DNA from: an uncultured delta proteobacterium
Lineage (GTDB): Bacteria > Desulfobacterota > Desulfobacteria > Desulfobacterales > UBA2156
Reading direction: 5' to 3'
NCBI GenBank assembly: GCA_963736855.1
Contig: CAVTQK010000008.1
Span: 32,001 to 96,000, forward strand
Length of the DNA: 64,000 nt
Below the pieces are notes generated by a model. It worked only from the letters and a program-made list of their open reading frames with translations. It made no database searches and had not been told where the DNA came from. Each line of letters opens with the position of its first letter. The first letter of the stretch is position 1. Below are positions 40,836 to 51,889 of the stretch, piece after piece. The translations under genes were made by a program, and so were the position numbers.

Positions 40836-41516
40836 ATGAATACGATTCATCAAATGACGATTCTTGCCATCGATGATGATCCGACCAGCCTCCGGTTTAT
40901 CGAAAAGATTTTGAAACATGAAGGATATCAAAACATCCGGACATGCAGCAATGCTGCCGATGGCTGTCAATGGGTGAAAAAAAAGGCCCCGGATTTGATA
41001 CTCCTCGATCTGATCATGCCGGACATGGACGGTTATCAATTTACCAGGCACATCCGGAAAAACGATGCCACCCGGGATATCCCCATCCTGGTGGTCACCG
41101 GCGGCGCGGCAGAAGCCAACGAGGCAATTGAAAAGAGCTTTCAGGCGGGTGCAACGGATTTTATCACCAAACCCATCAACACCACCGAGTTTTTCGCCCG
41201 GATTCGTTCCGCTTTGTCCATCAAACAGGCCCATGACCGGATAAAGGAAGAGCTTTTCAGACGACAAACAGCCGAGAAGAAAAATAGGAAACTCATCGCA
41301 GAGCTCAAAGAAGCCTTAGCCAAAGTTAAGAAGCTTTCCGGATTGCTCCCTATCTGTGCTTCCTGCAAGAAGATCCGGGATGACCAAGGGTACTGGAACC
41401 AGATCGAAAATTACATCCGCGAACACTCCGAAGCCGAATTCAGCCACAGTCTTTGCCCGGAATGCGTCGAGAACATGTATCCGGGCCTCTCAAAATCAAC
41501 CGATAAAAAATCATGA
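40836..41516 (+). CDS. Response regulator with C-terminal Cys/His domain
   Basis: REC plus LLPICASCKKIRDD...SHSLCPEC. Confidence 0.88.
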   Translation: MNTIHQMTILAIDDDPTSLRFIEKILKHEGYQNIRTCSNAADGCQWVKKKAPDLILLDLIMPDMDGYQFTRHIRKNDATRDIPILVVTGGAAEANEAIEKSFQAGATDFITKPINTTEFFARIRSALSIKQAHDRIKEELFRRQTAEKKNRKLIAELKEALAKVKKLSGLLPICASCKKIRDDQGYWNQIENYIREHSEAEFSHSLCPECVENMYPGLSKSTDKKS

Positions 41517-41585
41517 CCCTCCCGGGGCGGTTCCTCCGTAAAACGCTCTATTCTTCTTTCCGGTCCATTTGAAAAGGAGTGATTC

Positions 41586-42785
41586 ATGCCTTTTCCGAAT
41601 CCGGGCTTTTCCCGATGGCTTTTAAAAGTACGACGTGAGTTCCACATGCATCCGGAGCTTTCTTTTCAGGAGGAAAAGACCACCGAGGCAATCGTCAAAA
41701 TCCTCAAGGAGCTTAAGCTTCCGGTCACCACTTTTGAAGACCTTCCCGGTGCTGAAGCCTTGATCCAGGGGGCTCGAAACGGACCCACCGTGGGGCTGCG
41801 AACCGACATCGATGCTCTCCCGATCCAGGAACAAAACAATGTCTCCTATCGATCCAGAAATGAGGGGGTCATGCACGCCTGCGGTCATGATGGCCATACC
41901 GCCATGGTTCTCGGTGTGGCCAAAAGGATACAAGAAGAAGGCCTGGCCAAGGTCTTTACCGGAAATGTCAAACTCCTCTTTCAACCCGCCGAAGAGCGGG
42001 GCGCCGGCGCCAGGGCCATGATCGAGCGGGGAGTTCTGGAAAATCCTCACGTGGATGCGTTGTTTGCCGGGCACGTAACGCCGGACCTTGCTGCCGGTGA
42101 GATAGGAATCTTCAAGGGTGTGGGCTTTGCATCCGCAGATCGGTTTGAAGTCCTAGTCACCGGGAAAGGGGCTCACGGTGCCAGGCCCGAAGAAGGGATC
42201 GATCCCATCGTGGCCGGTGCACAATTGGTGGGGGCACTTCAAACTATCATCAGCCGGAATGTCAAGCCCTCAGAAGCGGGCGTGATCACCGTCGGAAAAT
42301 TCATTGCCGGGAGTGCCGCCAACATTATACCGGAAAGTGCGCACCTGGAAGGGACGCTTCGCACCCTTTCCGAATCGATCCGGCGGCATCTCATCCGGCG
42401 CATCGAAGAAATCGTGTCCGGGATCGAAAAAGGTTTCCGGGTGAAATGCCGGCTGCAGTTTCACGGCGAAACCCCCCTTTTGTCCAACGACGCCCGGATC
42501 GTGAATCTCCTATTCAAAGCCGCAAGACGTGTCGTGGGGGAAGAAAAGATTCGGTGGATGCCGCCGAGCATGGGGTCGGAGGACTTTTCCTTTTTTGCCA
42601 ACGAGCGCCCTTCCGCCTTGATCCGCTTTGGATGTGCCAAAGGAAAAGGGAAGACCGCTTATGGTCTTCATAACCCTCGCTTCGACATGGACGAATCCGT
42701 CCTGGAGATCGGTTGCACCGTCTTTCTCGAAGCGATTCGACTGAGCCTTGAGGAAGGGGGCTTAGAAAGCGCGCTTGTCCTGTAA
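41586..42785 (+). CDS. M20 family amidohydrolase
   Basis: HMHPELS, RTDIDAL, MHACGHD, FQPAEE, SEDF. Confidence 0.92.
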   Translation: MPFPNPGFSRWLLKVRREFHMHPELSFQEEKTTEAIVKILKELKLPVTTFEDLPGAEALIQGARNGPTVGLRTDIDALPIQEQNNVSYRSRNEGVMHACGHDGHTAMVLGVAKRIQEEGLAKVFTGNVKLLFQPAEERGAGARAMIERGVLENPHVDALFAGHVTPDLAAGEIGIFKGVGFASADRFEVLVTGKGAHGARPEEGIDPIVAGAQLVGALQTIISRNVKPSEAGVITVGKFIAGSAANIIPESAHLEGTLRTLSESIRRHLIRRIEEIVSGIEKGFRVKCRLQFHGETPLLSNDARIVNLLFKAARRVVGEEKIRWMPPSMGSEDFSFFANERPSALIRFGCAKGKGKTAYGLHNPRFDMDESVLEIGCTVFLEAIRLSLEEGGLESALVL

Positions 42786-43916
42786 AATGTGATTGGAAAT
42801 GACCACGCGCTGGATTTCCGATGTGCCTTCATAAATCGTGAAGACCCGAGCGTCCCGGTAGAACCGCTCCACCGGATATTCCTTGATAAAGCCATACCCT
42901 CCATGGATCTGGAGGGCCTTTGCAGTCACCCGGTTGACCATCTCCGAGGCAAAAAGCTTGGCCATGGAGGCCTGGGCCGTAAAGTTCTCGTTACGGTCCT
43001 TCATGGCTGCAGCCGACAGCATCAACTGGCGGGCGGCTTCGATCTCCGTGGCCATGTCGGCGATCATCCAACGGATTCCCTGAAACTTCGAGATAGGCTG
43101 GCCGAACTGTTCCCTCTCTTTGGCATATTTCACCGATGCATCCAGGGCTGCCTGAGCCACGCCCACCGACTGGGCTGCGATTCCGATCCGGCCGGAGTCC
43201 AACGCGGTCATGGCGATGGTAAACCCCATTCCCTCTTCACCCAGCCGATCTTCGACCGGTATGCGGCAGTCATCGAAGATGAGATCGGTGGTGTCGGAAG
43301 CGCACAGGCCCATCTTGTTTTCCATTGATCCGGCGGTAAAGCCCGGCGTCCCCTTTTTCACCATGAAGGCGCTGATACCCTTGTGTCGGGCCTCAGGGTC
43401 GGTCTTGGCGGTCACGATGATCAGACCGGCATTTTTTCCGGTGGTAATGAACCGCTTGGTGCCGTTGAGGATGTAATGCCCGCCGTCCCGCCTTGCCGAA
43501 GTGGTTTGTCGGGACGGATCGGAACCGGCAAGGGGCTCGGTAAGGGCGAAAGCACCGATGAAATCCCCCCTGGCCATGGGTCTGAGATACTTTTGTTTCT
43601 GATCCTCGGTCCCGAAACGCAGGATGCTTTCACAGACAATGGAATTGTGCACGGACATTACCACGGCCGTGGAAGCGCAGGCGTAGGCGACCTCGGACAG
43701 GGCCAACACATACGCCACGGCATCGGCCCCGGCTCCATCATACTCGGCGGGGACCATCATCCCCATCATGCCTAACTCCGCTAATTTTTTAAGATTTTCA
43801 GCCGGAAATTCCCGGGTCTTATCGCGCTCCATGGCGGTGGGAAGGATTACTTCCCGGGCAAAATCGCGCACCATGGATTGAATCATGATCTGCTCATCCG
43901 TCAATTTGGATACCAT
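42762..43916 (-). CDS. Short/branched-chain acyl-CoA dehydrogenase
   Basis: FALTEP, GRIGIAAQ, QIHGGYG, IYEGTSEIQ. Confidence 0.93.
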   Translation of the reverse strand: MVSKLTDEQIMIQSMVRDFAREVILPTAMERDKTREFPAENLKKLAELGMMGMMVPAEYDGAGADAVAYVLALSEVAYACASTAVVMSVHNSIVCESILRFGTEDQKQKYLRPMARGDFIGAFALTEPLAGSDPSRQTTSARRDGGHYILNGTKRFITTGKNAGLIIVTAKTDPEARHKGISAFMVKKGTPGFTAGSMENKMGLCASDTTDLIFDDCRIPVEDRLGEEGMGFTIAMTALDSGRIGIAAQSVGVAQAALDASVKYAKEREQFGQPISKFQGIRWMIADMATEIEAARQLMLSAAAMKDRNENFTAQASMAKLFASEMVNRVTAKALQIHGGYGFIKEYPVERFYRDARVFTIYEGTSEIQRVVISNHILQDKRAF

Positions 43917-43988
43917 CTCCCCTTCCTTTGCGTATACTGTCCCTACCGGATTCCCGCCAACCTATCCATTGCCGCCTTCGCAAGTCCT

Positions 43989-44540
43989 TCAGGGGTTGTA
44001 GATGACCACTAAAAGCTCTGCCTGTTCCTTCCCGATGTTTCTTAAGTTGTGCCTGATCCCGGAATTGAAATGGAGCGATTCATCCTTTTCCAGGATATTG
44101 ATGTGCTCTCCCACACTGACCTCCATCTTACCGGACAGGACATACACGAACTCCTCCCCTTCATGCTGGTAGCCCACCCCTTTATGGGCCTGCATGGGCT
44201 CTACAATGATTCGAAAGGCTTTGAGATGCTTGTTTTCTGCACCCGGCGTCAGGGTCGTATAGGCGTAGTTGTCTGTGCGCGTGGTGTAGGCTTTGATCCG
44301 CTTCTTCAGCGTCGATTCCTGTTGTCTTAAAAAAAATCCGCAATCGATTTCCATAGCCCTGGCAATGGTCAGCAGGGTTCCTACCGGCGGCGTGATCTTT
44401 CCGGATTCGACTTTCTTAAGATAGTCGATGGAGAACCCGGTTTCGTTGGCCAGCCGATCATGGGTCATCTTTTTTTGGGTTCGGATTTCCTTGATCTTTT
44501 CTCCGATACTCGCTGAGGTATCGGTTTTGGTTTTAGGCAT
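43989..44540 (-). CDS. XRE-family HTH + cupin regulator
   Basis: N-terminal HTH; HEGEEFVYVL cupin. Confidence 0.9.
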   Translation of the reverse strand: MPKTKTDTSASIGEKIKEIRTQKKMTHDRLANETGFSIDYLKKVESGKITPPVGTLLTIARAMEIDCGFFLRQQESTLKKRIKAYTTRTDNYAYTTLTPGAENKHLKAFRIIVEPMQAHKGVGYQHEGEEFVYVLSGKMEVSVGEHINILEKDESLHFNSGIRHNLRNIGKEQAELLVVIYNP

Positions 44541-44597
44541 GCTGCCTCCTCATCCCGTTTTAAAGGATTTTTCAATTTTCCGGCAATGGCACAAAAA

Positions 44598-45449
44598 TCA
44601 GGCATACTCGTAAAAACCTCGCCCGCTCTTCTTCCCCAGCCAACCGGCCTCCACATACCTTCTCAAAAGAGGGCACGGCCGGTACTTGGAATCGCCCAAC
44701 CCTGCATGAAGCGTCTCCATGATGGCCAGACAGGTATCCAGCCCGATCAGGTCAGCTATTGCCAACGGCCCCATAGGGTGATTCATTCCCAGCTTCATCA
44801 CCGTATCGATATCCTCCCGGGTCCCCACACCATGATACAGGCAGAAGATCGCCTCGTTGATCATGGGCATCAGGATCCGGTTGGCGATGAATCCGGGGTA
44901 GTCCTCGGCTTTGGCCGGTGTCTTCCCGAATTTGACGGCCAAATCCCAGGTCGTCTTCAAGGTCTCATCAGAAGTCGTTATGGCGGGGATCACTTCCACC
45001 AGCTTCATGATGGGAACCGGATTCATGAAATGCATCCCGATGACCTTCTCGGGCCTCTTCGTTTTGGCGGCAATGCGTCCGATGGGAATCGATGAGGTAT
45101 TCGTGGAAATGATCGCATGAGATGGGCAGACAGCATCGAGATCCTGGAAGATCTTAAATTTGATCGATTCGTGCTCCGTCGCCGCTTCCACTACAAAATC
45201 GGCTTTGCCAGCCGCCTGGATATCGGTGGAGGTCCGGATGCGGCCGACGATGGCGTCCATTTCATCTGAGACAAGCTTTCCCTTTTCCACGCTTTTTGAA
45301 AGGAAGCGCCGGATGGCGCCCATTCCCCGATCGATAAATTCCTGGCGGATGTCCGTCATGATCACCTGAAGTCCGCTGACCGCCGCCACCTGGGCGATTC
45401 CGCTTCCCATCTGCCCGGAACCCACTACACAAAAGGTCTTGATCTCCAT
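44598..45449 (-). CDS. hbd: 3-hydroxybutyryl-CoA dehydrogenase
   Basis: GSGQMGSG, NTSSI, GMHFMNP, GFIANR, HPMGP. Confidence 0.92.
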   Translation of the reverse strand: MEIKTFCVVGSGQMGSGIAQVAAVSGLQVIMTDIRQEFIDRGMGAIRRFLSKSVEKGKLVSDEMDAIVGRIRTSTDIQAAGKADFVVEAATEHESIKFKIFQDLDAVCPSHAIISTNTSSIPIGRIAAKTKRPEKVIGMHFMNPVPIMKLVEVIPAITTSDETLKTTWDLAVKFGKTPAKAEDYPGFIANRILMPMINEAIFCLYHGVGTREDIDTVMKLGMNHPMGPLAIADLIGLDTCLAIMETLHAGLGDSKYRPCPLLRRYVEAGWLGKKSGRGFYEYA

Positions 45450-45473
45450 GATCTTCTCCTTATTTTTCAAGTT

Positions 45474-46658
45474 TCATGAACCGGTACGCTTCACCACCAT
45501 CGCCACAGCCTCTCCGCCGCCCAGGCAAAGGCTGGCGAGGCCAATGCGTTTTTGGGACCGCTGCATTTCGTAAAGGAGCGTTACGAGGACCCGGCATCCG
45601 CTGGCACCGATGGGATGCCCCAGAGAAACACTTCCTCCGTTCACGTTGACCTTGGAAGGATCGAGCCCCAGCTCCCTCAAGACGGCCATGGTGGAACCGG
45701 AAAACGCCTCGTTGACCTCGAACAGGTCCACATCGGCAATTCCGATCCCTTCCTTTTTAAGGCACTTGGGAATGGCCCAGATGGGAGCCACCAGGACATA
45801 CTTCATATCGATCCCGAAGGCTGCCTGGGCCCCGATGGATGCGATGGGTTTGCATCCCATGGACTCGGCCGTTTCTCTGGCCATCACCACCACTGCCGCC
45901 GCGCCGTCGCTGATGACCGAAGCATTTCCGGCAGTGGTCAATCCATCGGTCTTAAAGGCCGGCCGCATGTTGGCCAGGACCTCGTATGGGGTTTCCCGAG
46001 GGCATTCATCCTCTTCAAAAAAGATGCTCTGTCCTTTTTTTCCTTTGATCGGAACCGACACGATTTCCTCTCTGAATCGCCCCCTTTCCTTCGCATCCAA
46101 AACCCTGCGATACGACTCGGCCGCATACCGATCCTGCTCTTCACGGGTCACACGATATTTTTCCGAGCAAAGCTCGTTGGAGATCCCCATATGGAAGTCG
46201 TTGACGATATCCCACAGTCCGTCGTGGACCATATGATCGTCTACGGTGCCCGCTCCCATCCGGTATCCAAAACGGGCCTTTTTGAGGAAATACGGGGCCA
46301 TGCTCATGTTCTCCATGCCGCCGGCCACTACCACGTCGGCATCCCCCACCGCAATGGCCTGGGCCGCCAGCATCACGGCCTTGAGGCTCGACCCACAGAC
46401 CTTATTGACGGTAATGCACTCGGCTTCCCAGGGCATCCCCGCCCTGACCGATGCCTGTTTAGCCGGATTCTGGCCGTATCCGCATGGAAGGACCTGACCC
46501 ATGATGACTTCATTGACATCCTGTTTCTCGATCCCGGCCCGCTTAATCGCCTCTTCGATCACGACGGCTCCCAGATCCGTGGCTCCAACATTGCTGAGAG
46601 ACCCGTTAAAGCTCCCCAACGGGGTTCGAACTGCACTGACAATGACTGCTTCACGCAT
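45474..46658 (-). CDS. Acetyl-CoA C-acetyltransferase (thiolase)
   Basis: NKVCGS, NEAF, GHPIGASG, CLGGG. Confidence 0.95.
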   Translation of the reverse strand: MREAVIVSAVRTPLGSFNGSLSNVGATDLGAVVIEEAIKRAGIEKQDVNEVIMGQVLPCGYGQNPAKQASVRAGMPWEAECITVNKVCGSSLKAVMLAAQAIAVGDADVVVAGGMENMSMAPYFLKKARFGYRMGAGTVDDHMVHDGLWDIVNDFHMGISNELCSEKYRVTREEQDRYAAESYRRVLDAKERGRFREEIVSVPIKGKKGQSIFFEEDECPRETPYEVLANMRPAFKTDGLTTAGNASVISDGAAAVVVMARETAESMGCKPIASIGAQAAFGIDMKYVLVAPIWAIPKCLKKEGIGIADVDLFEVNEAFSGSTMAVLRELGLDPSKVNVNGGSVSLGHPIGASGCRVLVTLLYEMQRSQKRIGLASLCLGGGEAVAMVVKRTGS

Positions 46659-46715
46659 GCGATTCTCTCCTTTATTTGGTCGATGGGTACCCTGTGGGTA
46701 TTCGATTCTTTCAGG

Positions 46716-49700
46716 TTACATATTCCGTCGATATTTACCGCCGACATCATATAGGGCTCGGGTGATTTGGCCCAGGGTGCAGCAGCGGACGGTGTGCATC
46801 AGCTCCGTAAAAATATTTTTTCCGGAAAGCGCGGTATCCTGAAGACGCTTCAGGGCGAACGGTGCTTCGGCCTCGTTTCGTTTACGAAAATCCGCAACCC
46901 GCTTTAACTGCGACTGCTTTTCCGCCTCCGTGGCTCTCGACAGCTCCAGATTTTCACTAAGCTGTTCCAAATCGGCATCCGGATCCCGGAATGTGTTAAC
47001 GCCGATGATGGGCAGCTCTCCCGTGTGCTTGAGCTTTTCGTAGTAAAGGGATTCTTCCTGGATCTTGCTCCGCTGATACCCGGTCTCCATGGCTCCCAGG
47101 ACTCCGCCCCGCTCCGAGATCCTATCGAACTCGACCAATACGGCCTCTTCCACCAATCGGGTCAGTTCCTCCACAATGAAACTGCCTTGGTTCATATTTT
47201 CGTTTTTAGTCAGTCCCCACTCCCGGTTGATGATCAGTTGAATCGCCAACGCCCGTCGCACGGACTCCCGGCTCGGGGTTGTAATCGCCTCATCAAAGGC
47301 GTTGGTATGGAGGCTGTTGCAGTTGTCGTAAATGGCGCACAAGGCCTGCAATGTGGTACGAATATCGTTGAACTGGATTTCCTGGCTGTGCAGGGACCGT
47401 CCCGAGGTCTGGATATGGTACTTAAGCATCTGGGAACGGTCGGAGCCGCCGTATTTGCGTTTCATAGCGATGGCCCAGATGCGACGGGCCACCCGACCGA
47501 TGACGGTGTACTCCGCCTCCATACCGTTGGAAAAGAAGAAGGAAAGGTTTGGAGCAAAACTGTCCACCGGCATCCCCCTGGAAAGATAATACTCCACGTA
47601 AGTGAATCCATTTGCCAGCGTAAGGGCGAGCTGGGTGATAGGATTGGCCCCGGCTTCCGCGATATGATACCCGGATATCGATACGGAATAGAAATTGCGG
47701 ATCCCGTTTTCAATAAAATATTCCTGGATGTCTCCCATCATCTTCAGGGCAAACTCAATGGAAAAGATGCAGGTGTTTTGCCCCTGATCTTCCTTTAGGA
47801 TGTCCGCCTGCACCGTTCCCCGCACACTGGAGAGAACGGTACGACGAATCGCTTCATGCTCCGCCGCCGCAGGCGGCCTTCCCGATTCGACGACGAATTT
47901 ATCCACCTGCTGCTCGATGGCTGCGTTAAGGAACATGGCCAGCATCATGGGTGCCGGCCCATTGATGGTCATGGATACGGAGGTGTTGGGGGCGATCAGG
48001 TCGAATCCGGAATAAAGCACCTTCACATCGTCGAGGGTACAAATGGAAACTCCGGATGTCCCTATCTTTCCATATACATCGGGTCTTGTCTCCGGGTCGA
48101 ATCCATACAGAGTGACCGAGTCAAAAGCCGTGGACAAGCGCTTGGCTTCGTAAGCTCCCGACAGAAGCTTAAACCGTAGGTTCGTGCGCGCCGGGTCTCC
48201 TTCCCCTGCGAACATCCGCGTCGGATCCTCGTCCGTCCTCTTCAGCGGGAAAACACCGGAAGTGTAGGGAAACCGGCCGGGTACATTCTCTTCCCTGAGC
48301 CATCGATAGATTTCACCCGGGTCTTCGAACTGGGGCAGACAAATCTTGGGTATTTTCTGATGGCTCAACGACCGGGTGTAGAGAGGCACCCGAATCTTCC
48401 GATTCCGGACTTCGTAGACAAGGGCATCCTTTTGGTAAGTCTCGCGTATAGTTTCCCAGTCCGAAATCAGCCCCCGGGTCTCTTCTTTGAGTCGTTTTTC
48501 AGCCTTGGCGATTTCCTCTTTCAACTTTGAAAGCAACATGGAAGTTTCGGCATCCTGAGTCCCGCGCTCAATGGCCGCTTCCGCCTCATTAAGGTGCCAT
48601 CGGCTTCGTAACGCTTGGGCCTGCTCCCGGGTTTCGGAGTGATAGACTCGCACCGTATCGGCGATACCGCTTAAATAGCGTGTCCGTTCGGGAGGAATGA
48701 TGACAGTCTTGGAGGTGGAGGTTTTGGCGAGAGGTCTGGGAAGCCTTGATTTAAAAACAATTCCGGCTTTTTCGGCAATACCATCGAGAATGGCATGATA
48801 CAAAGCAGTCACTCCGTCATCGTTAAACTTGGACGCGATGGTTCCGAAAACAGGCATCTCTTCAGGAAGGGTATTCCACGCTTTCCGATTCCGCTGAACC
48901 TGCTTGCTGACGTCCCGGACCGCATCCTCACCTCCTCTTTTTTCGAACTTATTGACTGCCACCAGGTCTGCAAAGTCGAGCATATCGATCTTTTCCAACT
49001 GAGTGGCCGCCCCGAATTCCGCCGTCATGACATAAAGAGATAAATCCACCAGATCTACGATTCTGGAATCTCCCTGCCCGATTCCCGCAGTTTCCACGAT
49101 TACCAGATCATACCCCGCCGCCTTTACCGCATCGATGGCTTCGGGAAGCACTTCCGGGATCTCGGTGAAGGAGCGCCTGGTGGCCAAGCTTCGCATGTAA
49201 ACCCTCGGATTTCCGATGGCGTTCATACGGATTCGGTCTCCCAGCAAAGCGCCACCCGTCTTACGACGGCTCGGATCGCAGCTGATGATGGCCATGGCGA
49301 TCTCCGGCATATCCAGGAGCATCCTCAAGATCACCTCATCGGTCAGAGATGATTTGCCCGCGCCTCCCGTTCCGGTGATCCCCATAACCGGGACCACGCG
49401 GGTGCCGATCCGTTCTTTCATTCGCTCTTTCAGCTCAGCCAGCCGCCCGTTCCCCTCTGCCCGGGCCTTTTCTAAGGTTGAAATCAGGTTTGCCGTCACC
49501 CCTTTGTTTTCCGGAGACAACCGAGCAAAATCAAAAGGCTCGTTTTTCACCGTAGAAAAATCGATGCTTTTGACCATGTGGTTAATGATCCCCTGGAGCC
49601 CCCATTTCGCGCCGTCTTCAGGGTGATAGATCTTGGCGACTCCGTAAGCCTCAAGCTCCTTGATTTCATGAGGAACGATGACGCCGCCACCGCCGCCGAA

Positions 49701-49994
49701 TACCTGGATATGAGAGGCTTCCCTCTCCCTGAGCAAATCAATGAGGTACTTGAAAAATTCGATGTGACCGCCCTGGTAGCTTGAAACACCGATTCCCTGT
49801 GCGTCTTCTTCTACAGCCGCATCCACAATTTCTTCCACGGAGCGGTTATGCCCCAGATGGATGACTTCCACTCCCGTATCCTGAAGGATCCGACGCATGA
49901 TATTAATGGATGCATCATGGCCGTCGAAAAGCGAAGTCGCGGTGATCACCCGGACGCAATGTCGAGGTATGTACGGTTCAAGTTCCGGATTCAT
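46716..49994 (-). CDS. icmF: Fused isobutyryl-CoA mutase/GTPase chaperone
   Basis: B12-binding DGHD, MeaB GTPase GTGGAGKS, mutase TRMFAGEG and HIQTSGRS; 1092 aa. Confidence 0.93.
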   Translation of the reverse strand: MNPELEPYIPRHCVRVITATSLFDGHDASINIMRRILQDTGVEVIHLGHNRSVEEIVDAAVEEDAQGIGVSSYQGGHIEFFKYLIDLLREREASHIQVFGGGGGVIVPHEIKELEAYGVAKIYHPEDGAKWGLQGIINHMVKSIDFSTVKNEPFDFARLSPENKGVTANLISTLEKARAEGNGRLAELKERMKERIGTRVVPVMGITGTGGAGKSSLTDEVILRMLLDMPEIAMAIISCDPSRRKTGGALLGDRIRMNAIGNPRVYMRSLATRRSFTEIPEVLPEAIDAVKAAGYDLVIVETAGIGQGDSRIVDLVDLSLYVMTAEFGAATQLEKIDMLDFADLVAVNKFEKRGGEDAVRDVSKQVQRNRKAWNTLPEEMPVFGTIASKFNDDGVTALYHAILDGIAEKAGIVFKSRLPRPLAKTSTSKTVIIPPERTRYLSGIADTVRVYHSETREQAQALRSRWHLNEAEAAIERGTQDAETSMLLSKLKEEIAKAEKRLKEETRGLISDWETIRETYQKDALVYEVRNRKIRVPLYTRSLSHQKIPKICLPQFEDPGEIYRWLREENVPGRFPYTSGVFPLKRTDEDPTRMFAGEGDPARTNLRFKLLSGAYEAKRLSTAFDSVTLYGFDPETRPDVYGKIGTSGVSICTLDDVKVLYSGFDLIAPNTSVSMTINGPAPMMLAMFLNAAIEQQVDKFVVESGRPPAAAEHEAIRRTVLSSVRGTVQADILKEDQGQNTCIFSIEFALKMMGDIQEYFIENGIRNFYSVSISGYHIAEAGANPITQLALTLANGFTYVEYYLSRGMPVDSFAPNLSFFFSNGMEAEYTVIGRVARRIWAIAMKRKYGGSDRSQMLKYHIQTSGRSLHSQEIQFNDIRTTLQALCAIYDNCNSLHTNAFDEAITTPSRESVRRALAIQLIINREWGLTKNENMNQGSFIVEELTRLVEEAVLVEFDRISERGGVLGAMETGYQRSKIQEESLYYEKLKHTGELPIIGVNTFRDPDADLEQLSENLELSRATEAEKQSQLKRVADFRKRNEAEAPFALKRLQDTALSGKNIFTELMHTVRCCTLGQITRALYDVGGKYRRNM

Positions 49995-50057
49995 GCTTCC
50001 TCCTGCCTCCCGTTGCCGGTTCGATATCGGCGGTTCAGTCGCTGTGTTTGAAATCTA

Positions 50058-50729
50058 TCAGCAAGATCGGCCCACAAGGTTTAAAATAAACCGGGTCTGG
50101 TACTGTATATACTCTTCAATGGAATAATGTCGGGCTAAAAACCACCTTCGAAACGTCCACATATGCCCCAGAACCGAAATATTGTGGGCGGCGATTTCTA
50201 AAGACCGCTCGTCCATTCCGGGGATTTCTCCGTTTTCCGCCAGTCGCGCAAGGACTTCAACGAAGATCCCGGTGATTCTCAGCTCGTTTTCCAGGACTTT
50301 TTTTTGCCACTGGGCGGGAAGCGACCGGGTCTCCTGGTAGATCAGCAGGATGAAATCGCTCATACGGTGACACACCAAAAAATACTCCCGGATTACCTCC
50401 ATTAAAGTTTCCTTCCCCTTGCCGTCCCGATTCATGGCTTCGGCCACCCCCCGCTCCACTTCTTCATGAATCGATTCGCACACGAGATAAAGGACATCCT
50501 CTTTTGAAGCGATATATTCGTACAGGGATCCGATAGAAACGCCCGCGGCACGGGCAATTTCCCGAGTGGTTGTTTTATGGAAGCCATTTTGGATGAAAAG
50601 CCCCACCGCCGCATCAGCGATCTGACGGCGCCGGCGCTTAACCAGTTCCAGGTTCTTGATCTGGGTGGGTATCGTTTCGGACCCGTTGGGAGAACCTACG
50701 TTTGATGAAACCGCTTTAGTTTCCGGCAT
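50058..50729 (-). CDS. TetR/AcrR family regulator heading the icmF operon
   Basis: GFHKTTTREIA...GSLYEYI HTH. Confidence 0.9.
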   Translation of the reverse strand: MPETKAVSSNVGSPNGSETIPTQIKNLELVKRRRRQIADAAVGLFIQNGFHKTTTREIARAAGVSIGSLYEYIASKEDVLYLVCESIHEEVERGVAEAMNRDGKGKETLMEVIREYFLVCHRMSDFILLIYQETRSLPAQWQKKVLENELRITGIFVEVLARLAENGEIPGMDERSLEIAAHNISVLGHMWTFRRWFLARHYSIEEYIQYQTRFILNLVGRSC

Positions 50730-50840
50730 ATGTCCATCCCTTCGGCAATGGATTCGACCCATCAGGGTTCAATTCCCCGGCCGTTCGAACAGGCTTTTGA
50801 ATGGCGATGGGTTTATCCCTGTCCTGCAGCTCTTGGATTT

Positions 50841-50960
50841 ATGACTGAGCGCTCGGTCATTATTTACCATTGAAAAGCAGGCCTGTCAAGGCCGAAAAAA
50901 GTATTGACACGTTCATATCCATCCAATAGACTAATATAAAGCGACTGAGCGCTCGGTCAT
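50841..50960. promoter_or_regulatory. Divergent sigma70 promoters, each followed by the same TetR operator
   Basis: GACTGAGCGCTCGGTCAT at 50843 and 50943; TTGACA-N17-TAGACT (+, 50904-50932); TTGACA on minus strand at 50889-50884. Confidence 0.8.
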
Positions 50961-51063
50961 GATTTGGTTATAAACCGGTTTCCAGGATAGTATCGCCTGG
51001 AAGACGCTTTTTTGGATTCAGAGATTGGCGGATCTTTTTTCAGCCATCGGAAAGGAAACATAT

Positions 51064-51846
51064 ATGGACCCAGACATTCTCCTGGTGGAAGAAAGAGAAC
51101 AGACGGCAATTTTGACACTGAACCGGCCGGAAGTCATGAACGCCTTTAATTTTCCGCTTCTTTATGCCCTGCGCAACGCCGTAGAGGCACTCAGGACCCG
51201 AACCGATATCCGGGTAATCATTGTGACCGGCGCAGGAGACAAGGCATTCTGTTCCGGTGCCGACTTAAAAGAACGTGCCTCCCTTTCCCCGCTGCAGGTC
51301 AAGGAATTTATTTACACCATCCGGAACCTTTTTACCTTTATCGAATTTTTAAACAAACCGGTGATTGCAGCCGTCAACGGCCTCGCCCTGGGCGGCGGAA
51401 CCGAACTCGCCCTGGCCAGCGATATACGCATCGCATCCGACAATGCCACGTTGGGGCTTACCGAGACCCGGCTGGCCATCATCCCCGGCGCCGGCGGGAC
51501 CCAACGGCTTCCGCGGTTAGTCGGAAGGGGAAAGGCCAAAGAGCTGATCTTTACCGGGCGTCGGGTCGGCGCCGAGGAAGCGCTTCGTATCAACCTGGTC
51601 AACCAGGTCTGTAAGGCGGACGACCTCGTGGACGAATGCATGAAGATGGCCGCTATGATCTGCGAAACCGGCCCCGTTGCCATCGAACAAGCCAAATACG
51701 CCATCAACTATGGCCTGGAATCAGCCATTCACACCGGGTTGGCCATCGAATCCAATGCCTATTGGGTGACGATCCCCACCGAGGATCGCACCGAAGCCCT
51801 GGCCGCATTCCGCGAAAAGCGGAAGCCTCAATTCCGGGGGAAATAG
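51064..51846 (+). CDS. Enoyl-CoA hydratase (possibly methylglutaconyl-CoA hydratase)
   Basis: FCSGADLKE, GGGTE, ETRLAIIPGAGG. Confidence 0.88.
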   Translation: MDPDILLVEEREQTAILTLNRPEVMNAFNFPLLYALRNAVEALRTRTDIRVIIVTGAGDKAFCSGADLKERASLSPLQVKEFIYTIRNLFTFIEFLNKPVIAAVNGLALGGGTELALASDIRIASDNATLGLTETRLAIIPGAGGTQRLPRLVGRGKAKELIFTGRRVGAEEALRINLVNQVCKADDLVDECMKMAAMICETGPVAIEQAKYAINYGLESAIHTGLAIESNAYWVTIPTEDRTEALAAFREKRKPQFRGK

Positions 51847-51889
51847 ACAGCGATTTGGGAACACCGCCCTTGAAAGGAAAACGGAGATT

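Noticed and set aside
45552..46754. 400-aa antisense ORF (also 29936-30889, 30947-31819, 47025-47798)
   Set aside because: Typical stop-poor antisense frames of GC-rich genes.
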